The notes under the pieces: model-generated | Told to the model about the DNA's origin: nothing | Databases searched by the model: none | What the model saw: only the letters and a program-made list of their open reading frames with translations | Part shown: positions 27,478-37,256 of the stretch, one piece after another | How the letters are laid out: each line of letters starts with the position of its first letter | Position numbering within the stretch: the stretch's first letter is position 1 | Made by a program: the position numbers and the translations under genes | From: a virus | Taxonomy: Duplodnaviria; Caudoviricetes | Virus record (IMG/VR): IMGVR_UViG_3300043602_000092 | Location: 1-59,608 of that record | Direction: 5' to 3' (one strand) | Length of the DNA stretch: 59,608 nucleotides

Positions 27478-28343
27478 CCGACCCTGATCGCCACGTCACC
27501 CGGAGCGGAGAGGACTATGCCGAAGCGATGCTCGCATTGCTTCCGCAGGGGCAGGCGTGGCCGCGCGACAGCGAGAGTGCCCTCGCGCGGGTGGTCAAGG
27601 GCCTGACGAAAATCTGGGGCGATGTCGAATATCTGGCATCGCTACTGCTTGAGCGTGAGAGCGATCCCCGCAAAACATTGCCGTCGCAGGGCGACCCGCC
27701 GCAAGCGGGTTTGCTGACGGATTGGGAGCGCAATTGGGGACTGCCCGACCCCTGCTATGAAGAACCGCAATCCGTCGCGGAGCGGCAGCAGGCACTCGTC
27801 CGTCGAATGACCATCGAGGGCGCTCAGTCGCGGGAGTTTTTCATTCAGGTCGCCAAGGAGATTGGCTACCACATCACCATCAAGGAATATCGCCCGTTCT
27901 TTGTCGCGATGGATGGCTGCGGCGATTGCCGTCAGTATGGTGCCGCCGGGGCACCCGACCCGATCATGCGCAATCAATGGGGCCAGCCCATCATGAACGC
28001 GCGCGGCGACGGGCCGGTGAAGGAAGGCGAGCTATCAGGCTGGCCGAACTACGGCTTGGGGCCGTTGGCGAACCGCTACTATTGGACGGTGTACGTCGAT
28101 CAGGCATCGCTGACATGGTTCCGTTGCGGTGCGAGCCAGACCGGCATTGACCCGCATCTGCGCATCGGCCTCGCGACCGATCTGGAGTGCCTGCTCAATC
28201 GGTGGAAGCCAGCGCACACGGTCATCATCTTCAACTATGAAGGGTTGTCGATGCCTGCCGAAAATTACGAGTGGTTCAGGGTCGGTGAACATCACTGCGG
28301 CGTCGATCCGCACTGCCACATCTGGATCGCAGGAACACCATGA
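27474..28343 (+). CDS. Mu gp48/YmfQ-like tail protein
   Basis: ALLPQGQAW, DWERNWGLPD, LEC....KPAHT. Confidence 0.88.
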   Translation: MTDPDRHVTRSGEDYAEAMLALLPQGQAWPRDSESALARVVKGLTKIWGDVEYLASLLLERESDPRKTLPSQGDPPQAGLLTDWERNWGLPDPCYEEPQSVAERQQALVRRMTIEGAQSREFFIQVAKEIGYHITIKEYRPFFVAMDGCGDCRQYGAAGAPDPIMRNQWGQPIMNARGDGPVKEGELSGWPNYGLGPLANRYYWTVYVDQASLTWFRCGASQTGIDPHLRIGLATDLECLLNRWKPAHTVIIFNYEGLSMPAENYEWFRVGEHHCGVDPHCHIWIAGTP

Positions 28344-28356
28344 ACAGGAGGGTTAA

Positions 28357-29655
28357 GTGAAATATAACGCACCATTCGGCAACACCGACGAAGATGCCGT
28401 CTACACCAACGGCAACCCCGAAACCGGCACGATGGGTTCGATCCCGCCTGCCGCGTCCATCGAATATCCGCAGCGCGAGATTGTGCATCTCATCAGCAAG
28501 ACCGGGATGGTCCCCGACAATGGCGACCTGTTCCAGCTGGCGAGCGGCGTGCAGAGCGGCAAGCTGATCTATTACGAGGACTTTGGTATCCCCAACGTCT
28601 ATCTGATCAACGCCGATCCGCCGATCTCCGCTTACAAGGCGGGGCAGCACTGGAACGTCAAGATCATCAACCCGAATACGGGGTCCGCGACGATCAGTAT
28701 CAACGACCTTCCGCCGCGCGAGCTTGTCACGCGCGATGGCGTGGCATTGAAGGGTGGAGAGTTGGCGGCTGGCGAAGTGGTCATGCTGGTCGATGACGGC
28801 GAGAGCCTTCAGCTTCAAGGCACCGGCTCCATCGGTGCCATCATGACCGCGCCGAAGAATTATTACTGCGACGCCTTTCTTGGCAACGACACGCTGTATG
28901 ACGGCACCAGTGCCACGGTGATCGCGGGCACGTCGCATGGTCCGTTCCGCACGGTCCAGCGCGCCATCACCGCCGCTCAGTCATGGAACATGAATGGCTA
29001 TTACATCGTGGTCTATTGCGCGGACGGCACCTATCCGCCGTTCTCCTGCGGAGCATTGAACGGTTCTGGTGGCGTGCAGATCACCGGCAACCTCGCCAAT
29101 CCCGGCAACGTGGTGATCAGTGCCACCGCTGGCGAGGCGATCTTCGTTTCGGCGCCCGGCTGGAACATCTGCGGCTTCAAGGTGCAGTCATCCGGTCGCG
29201 GCGTGGCCCCGCATATGGGCAACGGCGTCCGCCTGTTCGGCGGTGCGATCCTTGGTGTCTGGAATATGGATTTCGGTCCCTGCTACGACGCCCACATCAG
29301 CGTGCAATCGACCTCTACCTTGATCTTGGCGGGGCCGCAGAATGGCGTCCCCGACGCTTTCCTCCGCGTCAGTGGCAACGCACCGCAGCACATGATGTCG
29401 TTCCAGAACGGCTTCATCCATCTTGGCGGGCAGATACTTAGTATCCTTGCCCCGTTGAGCATCGGCTATTGGGCCATCTCGATGGAGAACTCCGTCATCG
29501 ACGCCTACTACGCGCCGACGATCACCGGCTACGCCAACGTGACAGGAAAGAAATATGCCGCCTACATGAACGGCGTCATCAACACAGGTCAAGGCAAGAA
29601 CTATTTCCCCGGCACCGTCGCGGGAGAGGAAAGCACAGGAGGTCAATGTGGTTGA
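28357..29655 (+). CDS. Tail fibre/spike with probable beta-helix domain
   Basis: N-terminal GNPETG..PQREI..PD..QL anchor; GND..GT..PFRTVQRA, ADGTY. Confidence 0.75.
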   Translation: MKYNAPFGNTDEDAVYTNGNPETGTMGSIPPAASIEYPQREIVHLISKTGMVPDNGDLFQLASGVQSGKLIYYEDFGIPNVYLINADPPISAYKAGQHWNVKIINPNTGSATISINDLPPRELVTRDGVALKGGELAAGEVVMLVDDGESLQLQGTGSIGAIMTAPKNYYCDAFLGNDTLYDGTSATVIAGTSHGPFRTVQRAITAAQSWNMNGYYIVVYCADGTYPPFSCGALNGSGGVQITGNLANPGNVVISATAGEAIFVSAPGWNICGFKVQSSGRGVAPHMGNGVRLFGGAILGVWNMDFGPCYDAHISVQSTSTLILAGPQNGVPDAFLRVSGNAPQHMMSFQNGFIHLGGQILSILAPLSIGYWAISMENSVIDAYYAPTITGYANVTGKKYAAYMNGVINTGQGKNYFPGTVAGEESTGGQCG

Positions 29656-30250
29656 GAACGAACACGCACTAAAAATCACCGGGATGCGGGTCTTCAGCGT
29701 CTTCAACGATTACTGGCTCGCGGACGATGGCCGCGTCTACGGCAGTGCCAAGCAGGAAATTGTCACGGCCAAGGACGCGGACTATGCGGAGTGGATCGAG
29801 AACGGCAACGTGCCGAAGTCTTGGCCGCGCGACATGAAGGGCAAGCAGACCAACGAGGCACTTCAGGAAGTGCTGACGCCCTACAATCTGTTTGCCGGGT
29901 TGCGCGACTATGTTGCCTTCAAGCGCAGGCAGAAAGAGTTCGGCGGCATGACCAGCAGTGCGGGACTTCAGGTCCACACCGACGCCGCCTCGCAGACGCG
30001 CATCATGGGCCTCTACATCCTGCAAAAAGAGAACCCGTCCGCTACGACTGCATTTCAATCCGCCGATGGAAAAATCCACAGTCTTGAAGCGGCGGATATT
30101 TTGCAGCTTGTCAACGACCTGGTAGCGCACACCAACGACTGCTTCATGATCGCGGGCAACTTGATCGCGCGCATCGACGCCAACGTCATCAAGACGCGCA
30201 GGGAGGTGGATAACGCATTCGCCACCAAGGCAGAGAAGGCAAAGAAATGA
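29648..30250 (+). CDS. DUF4376-like tail fibre assembly protein
   Basis: RRQKEFGG, VHTDAASQTRI, HTNDCF. Confidence 0.7.
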   Translation: MVENEHALKITGMRVFSVFNDYWLADDGRVYGSAKQEIVTAKDADYAEWIENGNVPKSWPRDMKGKQTNEALQEVLTPYNLFAGLRDYVAFKRRQKEFGGMTSSAGLQVHTDAASQTRIMGLYILQKENPSATTAFQSADGKIHSLEAADILQLVNDLVAHTNDCFMIAGNLIARIDANVIKTRREVDNAFATKAEKAKK

Positions 30251-30591
30251 CCATCGTCAATATCACTGTCGCGAACGACGCCGACTTCAATCGGGTCTTT
30301 CAATACAAGACGATCAGCGGCGTTCCCATCGACATCACTGGTGCGACGATGGTGATGATGCTGCGTCGCCACGCCAGCGACGAGGCGGCGGTGTTGCGGC
30401 TTGGCACTGACACCGGAGAAATCACGCTGACCGATCCGGTGCAGGGGATGTTCGCAATCAAGATAGTGCAGGACCGGCTGGAGCGATTGGAAACCGGCGA
30501 CTTCGCCCACTCGAATGTGATGACGCGCGATGGCGGCAAGCGGAGCATCTGGACCGGCACCTTCACCAACAATCCGGGGCCATCCAGATGA
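30247..30591 (+). CDS. Putative virion protein (BppU-like Ig fold)
   Basis: PIDITGAT, GEITLTDP..G. Confidence 0.55.
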   Translation: MTIVNITVANDADFNRVFQYKTISGVPIDITGATMVMMLRRHASDEAAVLRLGTDTGEITLTDPVQGMFAIKIVQDRLERLETGDFAHSNVMTRDGGKRSIWTGTFTNNPGPSR

Positions 30592-31265
30592 GTACGGTTA
30601 TCGAGGTCGAGGAAGAAACCGAAGTCGTCATCGTTCAAAGCGAGGACGATGATGTCGTCATCGTCAACGAGGAAGCTATCGTTGAGGTCATTCCGCAGAC
30701 GCTCGATGAAGCAGTGGTCGTGCAGGCACCGGAGGATGTCGAAACCATCTATGTCGGAGACGTTGGTCCGCCGGGACCGCAGGGCGTGCCGGGACCGCCG
30801 GGGCAGACGGGACCGAAGGGCGAGAAGGGCGACAAGGGCGATCAGGGATTACAGGGCATCCCCGGCACCGCGATTTACATTGGCGACGGGGCACCACCAA
30901 ACCCGACGCACGGGATGATGTGGTGGGACAGCAATTCAGGAAACACCTACCTGTATTATGCGGACCCATCATCGAACCAATGGGTGCAGCAGAACACGGT
31001 CTTCGACGCATATCTCGACGCGGGCACCCCCGGTCTGCCAGAGGCGGTCGATGATCGCGTGGCGCAATTGCTTGTCGCTGGAAGCAACATCGCGCTCGAC
31101 TACGACGACACCGCGAACACCATGACGATCAGTTCGACGGGCGGCAGTGGAACGGGTGGGATCGAAGAAGCACCAATGGATGGCATTGCATACGGACGGC
31201 AGTCCGCCGCGTGGCGTCAAGTCCTGATGGCATCGGGCGACGTTGTTGATGGAGGGAATTTCTGA
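30588..31265 (+). CDS. Collagen-repeat fibre protein
   Basis: About 12 Gly-X-Y triplets; ends VDGGNF. Confidence 0.75.
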   Translation: MSTVIEVEEETEVVIVQSEDDDVVIVNEEAIVEVIPQTLDEAVVVQAPEDVETIYVGDVGPPGPQGVPGPPGQTGPKGEKGDKGDQGLQGIPGTAIYIGDGAPPNPTHGMMWWDSNSGNTYLYYADPSSNQWVQQNTVFDAYLDAGTPGLPEAVDDRVAQLLVAGSNIALDYDDTANTMTISSTGGSGTGGIEEAPMDGIAYGRQSAAWRQVLMASGDVVDGGNF

Positions 31266-32485
31266 TGGCTGACGTACTAAGGATCAAGCGCAGGACAGGC
31301 GGTGCGCCGGGCGCCCCGGCAGGACTTGCGAACGCGGAGCTTGCGTTCAACGAGGTCGATGACACGCTCTATTATGGCAAGGGCACGGGCGGTGCAGGCG
31401 GCACGGCGACGACCGTCATTCCAATCGGCGGTGCGGGTTTGGGATCGTCGGCCCTGCCGTTGATGGACGGCACTGCGGCGGCGGGCACTTCGTCCACGCA
31501 CTCCAAGGGCGATCACGTCCACCCGACCGACACCTCGCGCGCCCCGCTCAACTCGCCTGCATTCACGGGCGTGCCGACCACGGCAACCACACCCGCGAAC
31601 GGCGACAATACGACCAAGCTCGCGACCACCGCCTTCGTGATCGCAACGCGGCTCGATCAATTGCAGCCGCCGACCGTGGACGTGCCTTGGAATAGCAAGC
31701 GTATCACCGGCCTGCTCGATCCGAGTGCGCCGCAAGACGCGGCAACCAAGGGCTATGTGGACGGCGTTGCGCAGGGCATCGACACGAAGCCGTCATGCCA
31801 ATACGCCAGCACGGCCAACCTCACGCTATCGGGTCCGCAGACGGTCGATGGTGCCGCCGCCGTCGCGGGCGACCGGGTGCTGGTGAAAGACCAGACTGTC
31901 CCGGCGAACAATGGCATCTATATCGTCCAGACCGGCGTGTGGACGCGACCGCCCGATGCGGATGTGTGGAACGAACTGGTCGCCGCTTTCACGTTCATCG
32001 AGAAGGGCACGGTCAACGCCGACAGCGGATGGGTCTGCACCGTCGATGCCGGTGGCACGCTGGGCACCACGGCAGTCGCATGGACGCAATTCTCCGGTGC
32101 GGGCCAGCTTGTCGCTGGTGCTGGTCTGGTCAAGAGCGGCAACCAGGTTGACGTTGGTGGAACGGCGGGGCGGATTTCGGTTGGTGCCGACAGTGTGGAC
32201 ATCGACGCTGCCTATGCTGGACAGGCCAGTATCACCACGGTCGGCACTATCGCGACCGGGACATGGAACGCCGCGCTCATCGCGGTGAACAAGGGCGGGT
32301 CCGGTGCGGCGACGTTTGCGGCTGGCTATCTCAAAGCCAACGGCGTCAATCCATTCACCACCTCTCCAACGATCCCGAACGCGGACATCGCAGGGCTGGG
32401 TTCGATGGCGTTGCAGAACGCAAACGCGGTGGCGATCACGGGCGGAACGATTGATGGCGTCACGTTCGACTGCGGGACATTCTGA
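31265..32485 (+). CDS. Fibre/whisker-like virion protein
   Basis: LRIKRR..AELAFNE N-terminus; APLNSPAFTG; DAATKGYVD; GDRVLVKDQ..NGIY. Confidence 0.7.
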   Translation: MADVLRIKRRTGGAPGAPAGLANAELAFNEVDDTLYYGKGTGGAGGTATTVIPIGGAGLGSSALPLMDGTAAAGTSSTHSKGDHVHPTDTSRAPLNSPAFTGVPTTATTPANGDNTTKLATTAFVIATRLDQLQPPTVDVPWNSKRITGLLDPSAPQDAATKGYVDGVAQGIDTKPSCQYASTANLTLSGPQTVDGAAAVAGDRVLVKDQTVPANNGIYIVQTGVWTRPPDADVWNELVAAFTFIEKGTVNADSGWVCTVDAGGTLGTTAVAWTQFSGAGQLVAGAGLVKSGNQVDVGGTAGRISVGADSVDIDAAYAGQASITTVGTIATGTWNAALIAVNKGGSGAATFAAGYLKANGVNPFTTSPTIPNADIAGLGSMALQNANAVAITGGTIDGVTFDCGTF

Positions 32486-32487
32486 GG

Positions 32488-33036
32488 ATGGCCGACACGC
32501 TACGCATCAAGCGGCGTGCAGCGACAGGATTGGCCGGTGCCCCAGCCTCTCTTGCGGCGGCTGAAATTGCCTACAATGAAAAAGACGACACGCTGTACTA
32601 TGGCAAGGGCGACAGTGGCGGCTTGGCGACAACCGTGCTTCCGATAGCCGGTCCCGGCACCTTCGCTCCGCTTAACTCGCCTGCGCTGACCGGCACGCCG
32701 ACTGCACCGACAGCGACAGGCGGGACCAGCACCACGCAACTTGCCACCACCGCCTTTGTCACCAACGCAGTGGTCGCGGCGGGTGGCGCGGCACCGAGCA
32801 ATGCAATTCCACTCGTTGAAGGCGTCCCGGCGGCGGGAACGTCTGCGCTATACTCGCGAGCGGATCACGTCCATCCGCGAGGCCCTGCCGTCGCAGACGT
32901 ATCCGACACCGCGCCATCATCTCCGGTCAACGGGCAACTCTGGTTCAAGAGCAACGCAGGCAAGCTGATGATCTTTATCGTGGACGCAAACTCGTCGCAG
33001 TGGGTCCAGGTCGGCGGCGCCGAGGTGAATAGGTAG
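32488..33036 (+). CDS. Short fibre-like protein, paralogue of the preceding gene
   Basis: Shared N-terminus, APLNSP, LATTAFV and DHVHP modules. Confidence 0.7.
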   Translation: MADTLRIKRRAATGLAGAPASLAAAEIAYNEKDDTLYYGKGDSGGLATTVLPIAGPGTFAPLNSPALTGTPTAPTATGGTSTTQLATTAFVTNAVVAAGGAAPSNAIPLVEGVPAAGTSALYSRADHVHPRGPAVADVSDTAPSSPVNGQLWFKSNAGKLMIFIVDANSSQWVQVGGAEVNR

Positions 33037-33044
33037 GAGCTAAA

Positions 33045-34715
33045 ATGGCATTCGATTTCCCGAACAGTCCGATTGACGGTCAGACCTTCAGCCCGACCGA
33101 TGGGCCTGACTACATCTACCGCACGGCATCAGGCGCGTGGGAAATCAGGACGGGCAGCACCAACTCCGCGTTCGTTGCGAAGGCGGGCGACACGATGACG
33201 GGGCACCTCGTCCTGCCATCGGTGCCAGCGCCGCAGGCGGGCAATGCGGTGCGCAAGGATTATGTCGATGCGGCTGACGTCAATCTGAATAACGCCAAGG
33301 TCAATCGCGCTGGCGACACCATGACTGCCGATCTGGTCATCAATGGCGGTGGCGTGCGCGTTTCCACCGGCTTCACCGCCAGCGGTGCCTACGGCGTTCT
33401 CTCGCTCAACACAATGACAGTTGGCTACGGCACCGACATCTACGGTGCGTTCAACAACAAGACGCGCTGGCTGATACGGATGGGCGAAGGATCGGCAGAG
33501 ACGGGCGGCAATGTCGGATCGGACTTCGCCATCACCGCCTACGAGGACGCAGGCGTGAATGGTCTGTACGCTCCGCTGCACATCAGGCGTTCGACCGGCC
33601 AGACCACGCTGCGCAATCTTTTAATTAAAGGCGAAGCCTACGCCTCGTTCTCAATGCAGAAGACCGGCAGCGGTCAAGCCAACCAGATATACGGCAACAG
33701 CGGCGCAAACCCGCGCTGGGCCGTGAAGCTGGGCGACGAGACCGCAGAGAGCGGCAGCAACAACGGCTCCGATCTCGCCGTCCTTCGCTTTGGCGACGCG
33801 GGTGGTTATCTGGGCAATCCGCTTCTGATCAAGCGTCTCAACGGCGAGGCGATCTTCAACGGCTACATTACGCTGAACTGCCCGACAGGCGGCGGCATGA
33901 CCATGTCAACTCCCGGCGTGGCCGACTGCGTGTTCAACATGAAGAAGGGAGCGGCGGGTGCTGCGAACACCATCCAAGGTTCAACGGGCAACTCTGCGCG
34001 CTGGATCATGTGCATGGGCAACTGGAATGCCGAGACCAGCTACAATGTCGGCAGCGACTTCATGCTGTACCGTTGCGATGGTGGCGGCAATCTCTGGGAC
34101 GCGCCGATCCAGATCCCGCGCGAGACCGGACAGGTGGTTTGCCCGAACCTGTTCTGGCCGAACGGCGGCATCTACATGATCAACATCAACAACCGCTGGA
34201 CACCGGACGGCAATCTTGTCGTCAGTGCGCGCGGCTATTGTCCCGGTGGCGGATCGTGGATCGACATCTCCGACCGGCGGACGAAGGACATCAAGTCGGA
34301 GTACAATCGCGGGCTGGATGACATCGCCAAGCTGAACCCGGTGGTCTACACCTTCAAGGCCAACGAGACGCCAGAGCCGCCAGCGTGGAAGCCGCTGCCG
34401 CAGAAGCTCGACAAGGATGGCAAGGACATCACGCCACCGGAGACGCGCGGTGTCCCGACAGAGGCACCATATGAGAACAGCCATCACCATGACGTGGCGG
34501 TGTCGCAGAAACCGTTCGTCGGCCTGATCGCGCAGGATGTCGATCAGGTGATGCCTGAGATGGTGACGAAGCGCGCGGGGTTTATCGACGGCGTGGAAGT
34601 GCCCGACATCCATGAACTGGACACCACGCCACTGATCTATGCCTTGCTCAATGCGGTGAAGGAATTGAAGGCACGCATCGAAGTGCTTGAAGGCGTTGCG
34701 ACGGGCAAGGCGTGA
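33045..34715 (+). CDS. Tail fibre with C-terminal peptidase S74 chaperone
   Basis: SDRRTKDI, GLIAQDV, NAVKELKARIEVLE; three RW..AE..N.GSD repeats. Confidence 0.85.
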   Translation: MAFDFPNSPIDGQTFSPTDGPDYIYRTASGAWEIRTGSTNSAFVAKAGDTMTGHLVLPSVPAPQAGNAVRKDYVDAADVNLNNAKVNRAGDTMTADLVINGGGVRVSTGFTASGAYGVLSLNTMTVGYGTDIYGAFNNKTRWLIRMGEGSAETGGNVGSDFAITAYEDAGVNGLYAPLHIRRSTGQTTLRNLLIKGEAYASFSMQKTGSGQANQIYGNSGANPRWAVKLGDETAESGSNNGSDLAVLRFGDAGGYLGNPLLIKRLNGEAIFNGYITLNCPTGGGMTMSTPGVADCVFNMKKGAAGAANTIQGSTGNSARWIMCMGNWNAETSYNVGSDFMLYRCDGGGNLWDAPIQIPRETGQVVCPNLFWPNGGIYMININNRWTPDGNLVVSARGYCPGGGSWIDISDRRTKDIKSEYNRGLDDIAKLNPVVYTFKANETPEPPAWKPLPQKLDKDGKDITPPETRGVPTEAPYENSHHHDVAVSQKPFVGLIAQDVDQVMPEMVTKRAGFIDGVEVPDIHELDTTPLIYALLNAVKELKARIEVLEGVATGKA

Positions 34716-34909
34716 TGTGTCGCGGCTGCGAGGCGCGGCGACGTGCTATGATTGAAACCGCGCGGCGGATTGCGCGGGCAATACGAGGCGGGCCAACCAA
34801 GGTGGATGGCCGTGAACGACAGGGTGAAAAGTTGGTTGAGCGAACATCAGACCGCGCTGATCATTTTCCTGTTCGGGCAGTTGCTCGTCATGGGAGCAGG
34901 CGCGGCTAG
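34715..34909 (+). CDS. Small basic Cys protein (tentative)
   Basis: MCRGCEARR; overlaps the next gene. Confidence 0.35.
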   Translation: MCRGCEARRRAMIETARRIARAIRGGPTKVDGRERQGEKLVERTSDRADHFPVRAVARHGSRRG

Positions 34910-35120
34910 CGGCTTCGCGTACATGGTGAAACTGGAAACGCGCGTCCACACGATGGAAACGCGCGGGGCCGAATACACCGTGCTGAGAATGGAGGAGATG
35001 AAATTGAACATCGCCAAACTCCAGCAGGACATCGCAAGGAACGAGCGCAGCATCGAGCGCATCGTGGATGTGATGACGCGCGAGCTTCACATCTCACCGC
35101 AGAAGGTGGACCCGAAATGA
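34806..35120 (+). CDS. Single-TM coiled-coil protein (holin/antiholin candidate)
   Basis: One hydrophobic helix then coiled coil; in the lysis region. Confidence 0.55.
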   Translation: MAVNDRVKSWLSEHQTALIIFLFGQLLVMGAGAASGFAYMVKLETRVHTMETRGAEYTVLRMEEMKLNIAKLQQDIARNERSIERIVDVMTRELHISPQKVDPK

Positions 35121-35347
35121 CCATTCCAGAACAGGTCGGCAAGGTCGCAAGCACCACGGTCGAGGCGATGCGGTCGGTGCCGCTCGCCATCGCGTTGCTG
35201 GTGGTCAATATCGGCTTCCTCGCGTTCGCCGCCTACGTCTTGGGAGAGGTCGCAAGCAATGCCGCCGAGCGGAACAAGAACCAGACCGACCTGATCGCGC
35301 AGATGGTCAGGGATATTCGCGACTGCAAGCAGGGACCGAAAACATAG
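35117..35347 (+). CDS. Single-TM protein (holin candidate)
   Basis: PLAIALLVVNIGFLAFAAYVL; directly upstream of the endolysin. Confidence 0.6.
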   Translation: MTIPEQVGKVASTTVEAMRSVPLAIALLVVNIGFLAFAAYVLGEVASNAAERNKNQTDLIAQMVRDIRDCKQGPKT

Positions 35348-35357
35348 GGAGCGAGCA

Positions 35358-36317
35358 ATGGCATATAATCGGATCGTGATTTCCTCAGGGCACGGCCTGC
35401 ATGTCCGTGGTGCATCGGGAATACTGGACGAGGTTGACGAGGCCCGCTTGGTAGTCGAGCAGTTGGCCGATTGCCTCAAGGCGCGCGGGGTGGATGTCGT
35501 CACCTATCACGACGATGTGAGTAAATCGCAGAACGAGAACCTCAACCGCATCACCGACTTCCACAATTCCAAGACGCGCGACCTCGACATATCGGTCCAC
35601 TTCAATGCCTACGAGCAAGTGGAAAAACCGATGGGCACCGAGACACTTTACGTCACCCAGCACGACCTGGCGGATGAGATTTCAGAAGCCATCGCAGCGG
35701 TGGGCCTGATCGACCGGGGTCCGAAGAAAAGAACCGACCTGTTCTTTTTGAACAACACCGAGATGCCGGCGCTGTTGCTGGAAATCTGCTTCGTGGACAG
35801 TGAGGCCGACGCGGAAATCTATCGCGAGAACTTCGACCTGATCTGCGAGAACATCGCGACCGTCTTGGGAGGTGACATGACCGGCGTCGAGCCGATCCCT
35901 CCCGAGAGCGCAGACTTCCATGCGATAGGGAGATGCTCGCACTTTGGCGGTCCCGAGGACGAGGGCGTGGAGGGGTGTGAGGCACTGGCGTTCATCTATG
36001 ACATCGAGATGGCCCCGCACATTTTCCTGCCGTACCAGCCCGAGGACACCACCGGCCTTGCGCGGAGAATGAACCCGCACATCCACTACATCGCGTGCCG
36101 CTGGGACTACGACCGCACGCCGAAGCCGACCCTGCTCGAGAACGTGGCCTTGGTGCGTGCGCTCAAGACCGGCGTCGAACTCACCGCGTTCCCGGCGGAT
36201 TGGGGACCGCATGAAAGCACGGGCCGCATCGCGGACCTGTCACCGGGTCTGATGTTCGACCTTGGGATTGAAACCGACGACGAGGTTGAAGTGATTTATC
36301 CATACCGGGAGGACTGA
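35358..36317 (+). CDS. Endolysin, N-acetylmuramoyl-L-alanine amidase (Amidase_3) plus C-terminal domain
   Basis: SSGHG, E, SVHFNA, LLEICFVD zinc/catalytic motifs. Confidence 0.9.
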   Translation: MAYNRIVISSGHGLHVRGASGILDEVDEARLVVEQLADCLKARGVDVVTYHDDVSKSQNENLNRITDFHNSKTRDLDISVHFNAYEQVEKPMGTETLYVTQHDLADEISEAIAAVGLIDRGPKKRTDLFFLNNTEMPALLLEICFVDSEADAEIYRENFDLICENIATVLGGDMTGVEPIPPESADFHAIGRCSHFGGPEDEGVEGCEALAFIYDIEMAPHIFLPYQPEDTTGLARRMNPHIHYIACRWDYDRTPKPTLLENVALVRALKTGVELTAFPADWGPHESTGRIADLSPGLMFDLGIETDDEVEVIYPYRED

Positions 36318-36319
36318 CC

Positions 36320-36499
36320 ATGTATTTCTTAGTCGCCGCCGCCGTCCTGATCCTGATCGCGCTCATCATCAAGTTCTGGATGGGCGTCAATCCTGAGGAG
36401 GGTTTTCTGGGCAAGGGCCTGATGATCATCATCGCGGTCTTGGTGATCGTCGGCATCCTCTCGATTTTCGGGGTGCTGCCGCACGCCACCTTTCGCTGA
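36320..36499 (+). CDS. Two-TM membrane protein, 59 aa (holin candidate)
   Basis: GGAGG RBS; two hydrophobic helices by manual translation. Confidence 0.65.
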   Translation: MYFLVAAAVLILIALIIKFWMGVNPEEGFLGKGLMIIIAVLVIVGILSIFGVLPHATFR

Positions 36500-36580
36500 T
36501 CCGCCTGCATCCCAAGTCGATCCGCTCCCGCCTTATCCGCCGGGGCCGCCGTCCATCTGCAAGGGATGCTAAAAGGGACC

Positions 36581-36619
36581 GAAATCCCCGGCGGGCGGGC
36601 CGCCGGGGTGCGTTATTTC
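36581..36619. terminator. Hairpin between convergent transcription units
   Basis: CCCCGGCGG/CCGCCGGGG stem flanked by GAAAT and ATTTC. Confidence 0.45.
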
Positions 36620-36706
36620 GGGCAGGGATGGGGGGTTATGGCCCCGGAAGCCTCAGGCCCACCAGTGGCCCTTAGAATTGATCCGTGGCTGGGCCATATC
36701 CGGCCC

Positions 36707-36883
36707 CTATCCCTCCTTGAAGCAGGCGGCCTGCCCGAGCGGGGTCATATTGATCCCGCCGGTCTGCAACTGTTTTTGCAGGGCAAGGCCGATGGCATCC
36801 GCCTCCTTCTCGTCGGCGGCAAGCAGGATCAGGCAAACTTGCTTCCCTGACACCACCACGCGGGCCTCTCGCCGGTCGCTCAT
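36707..36883 (-). CDS. Hypothetical protein, 58 aa, paralogue of 36880..37080
   Basis: Manual translation MSDRREARVVVSG...QLQTGGINMTPLG. Confidence 0.65.
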   Translation of the reverse strand: MSDRREARVVVSGKQVCLILLAADEKEADAIGLALQKQLQTGGINMTPLGQAACFKEG

Positions 36884-37080
36884 AGCTCCGTCACCTTCGT
36901 CGGTTTCCCCATGAGGGTGATGTTGATCGAACCGGACTTGAGTTGGCCGAGGATGTTTTCCGCCAGATCGTTGGCCTTGGCCTCACTGTCCGCCACGAAG
37001 ACCAAGGCGACTTCGTCGCCCTGCACCTCGACGCGCACCTCGCGGCCATAGTCGGGATTGGTGAATGATCGCGCCACCAT
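36880..37080 (-). CDS. Hypothetical protein
   Basis: Coupled start and stop with neighbours. Confidence 0.7.
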   Translation of the reverse strand: MVARSFTNPDYGREVRVEVQGDEVALVFVADSEAKANDLAENILGQLKSGSINITLMGKPTKVTEL

Positions 37081-37256
37081 CAGACGAACCCCTTTTCTGT
37101 CGCCAGCCAGACCGGCATCGTGAAGGTGCCGTCATCGTTGCGCTCGACTTGCGACTTTGGCACCCACTCCGTGCGGGCACCATCGAAGATGCGATAGGCC
37201 GCGTTGGTTTCGACCTTGAGTTCGGCGGCGATGTCCACCAGTTCATGCTTGGGCAT
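37080..37256 (-). CDS. Small phage protein, 58 aa
   Basis: Manual translation with EWVPKSQ and TMPVWLATEKG. Confidence 0.7.
   Translation of the reverse strand: MPKHELVDIAAELKVETNAAYRIFDGARTEWVPKSQVERNDDGTFTMPVWLATEKGFV

Noticed and set aside
28357-34715. Diversity-generating retroelement or invertible fibre cassette
   Set aside because: No reverse transcriptase or invertase, no adenine-specific repeat pair, and all fibre genes lie on one strand.
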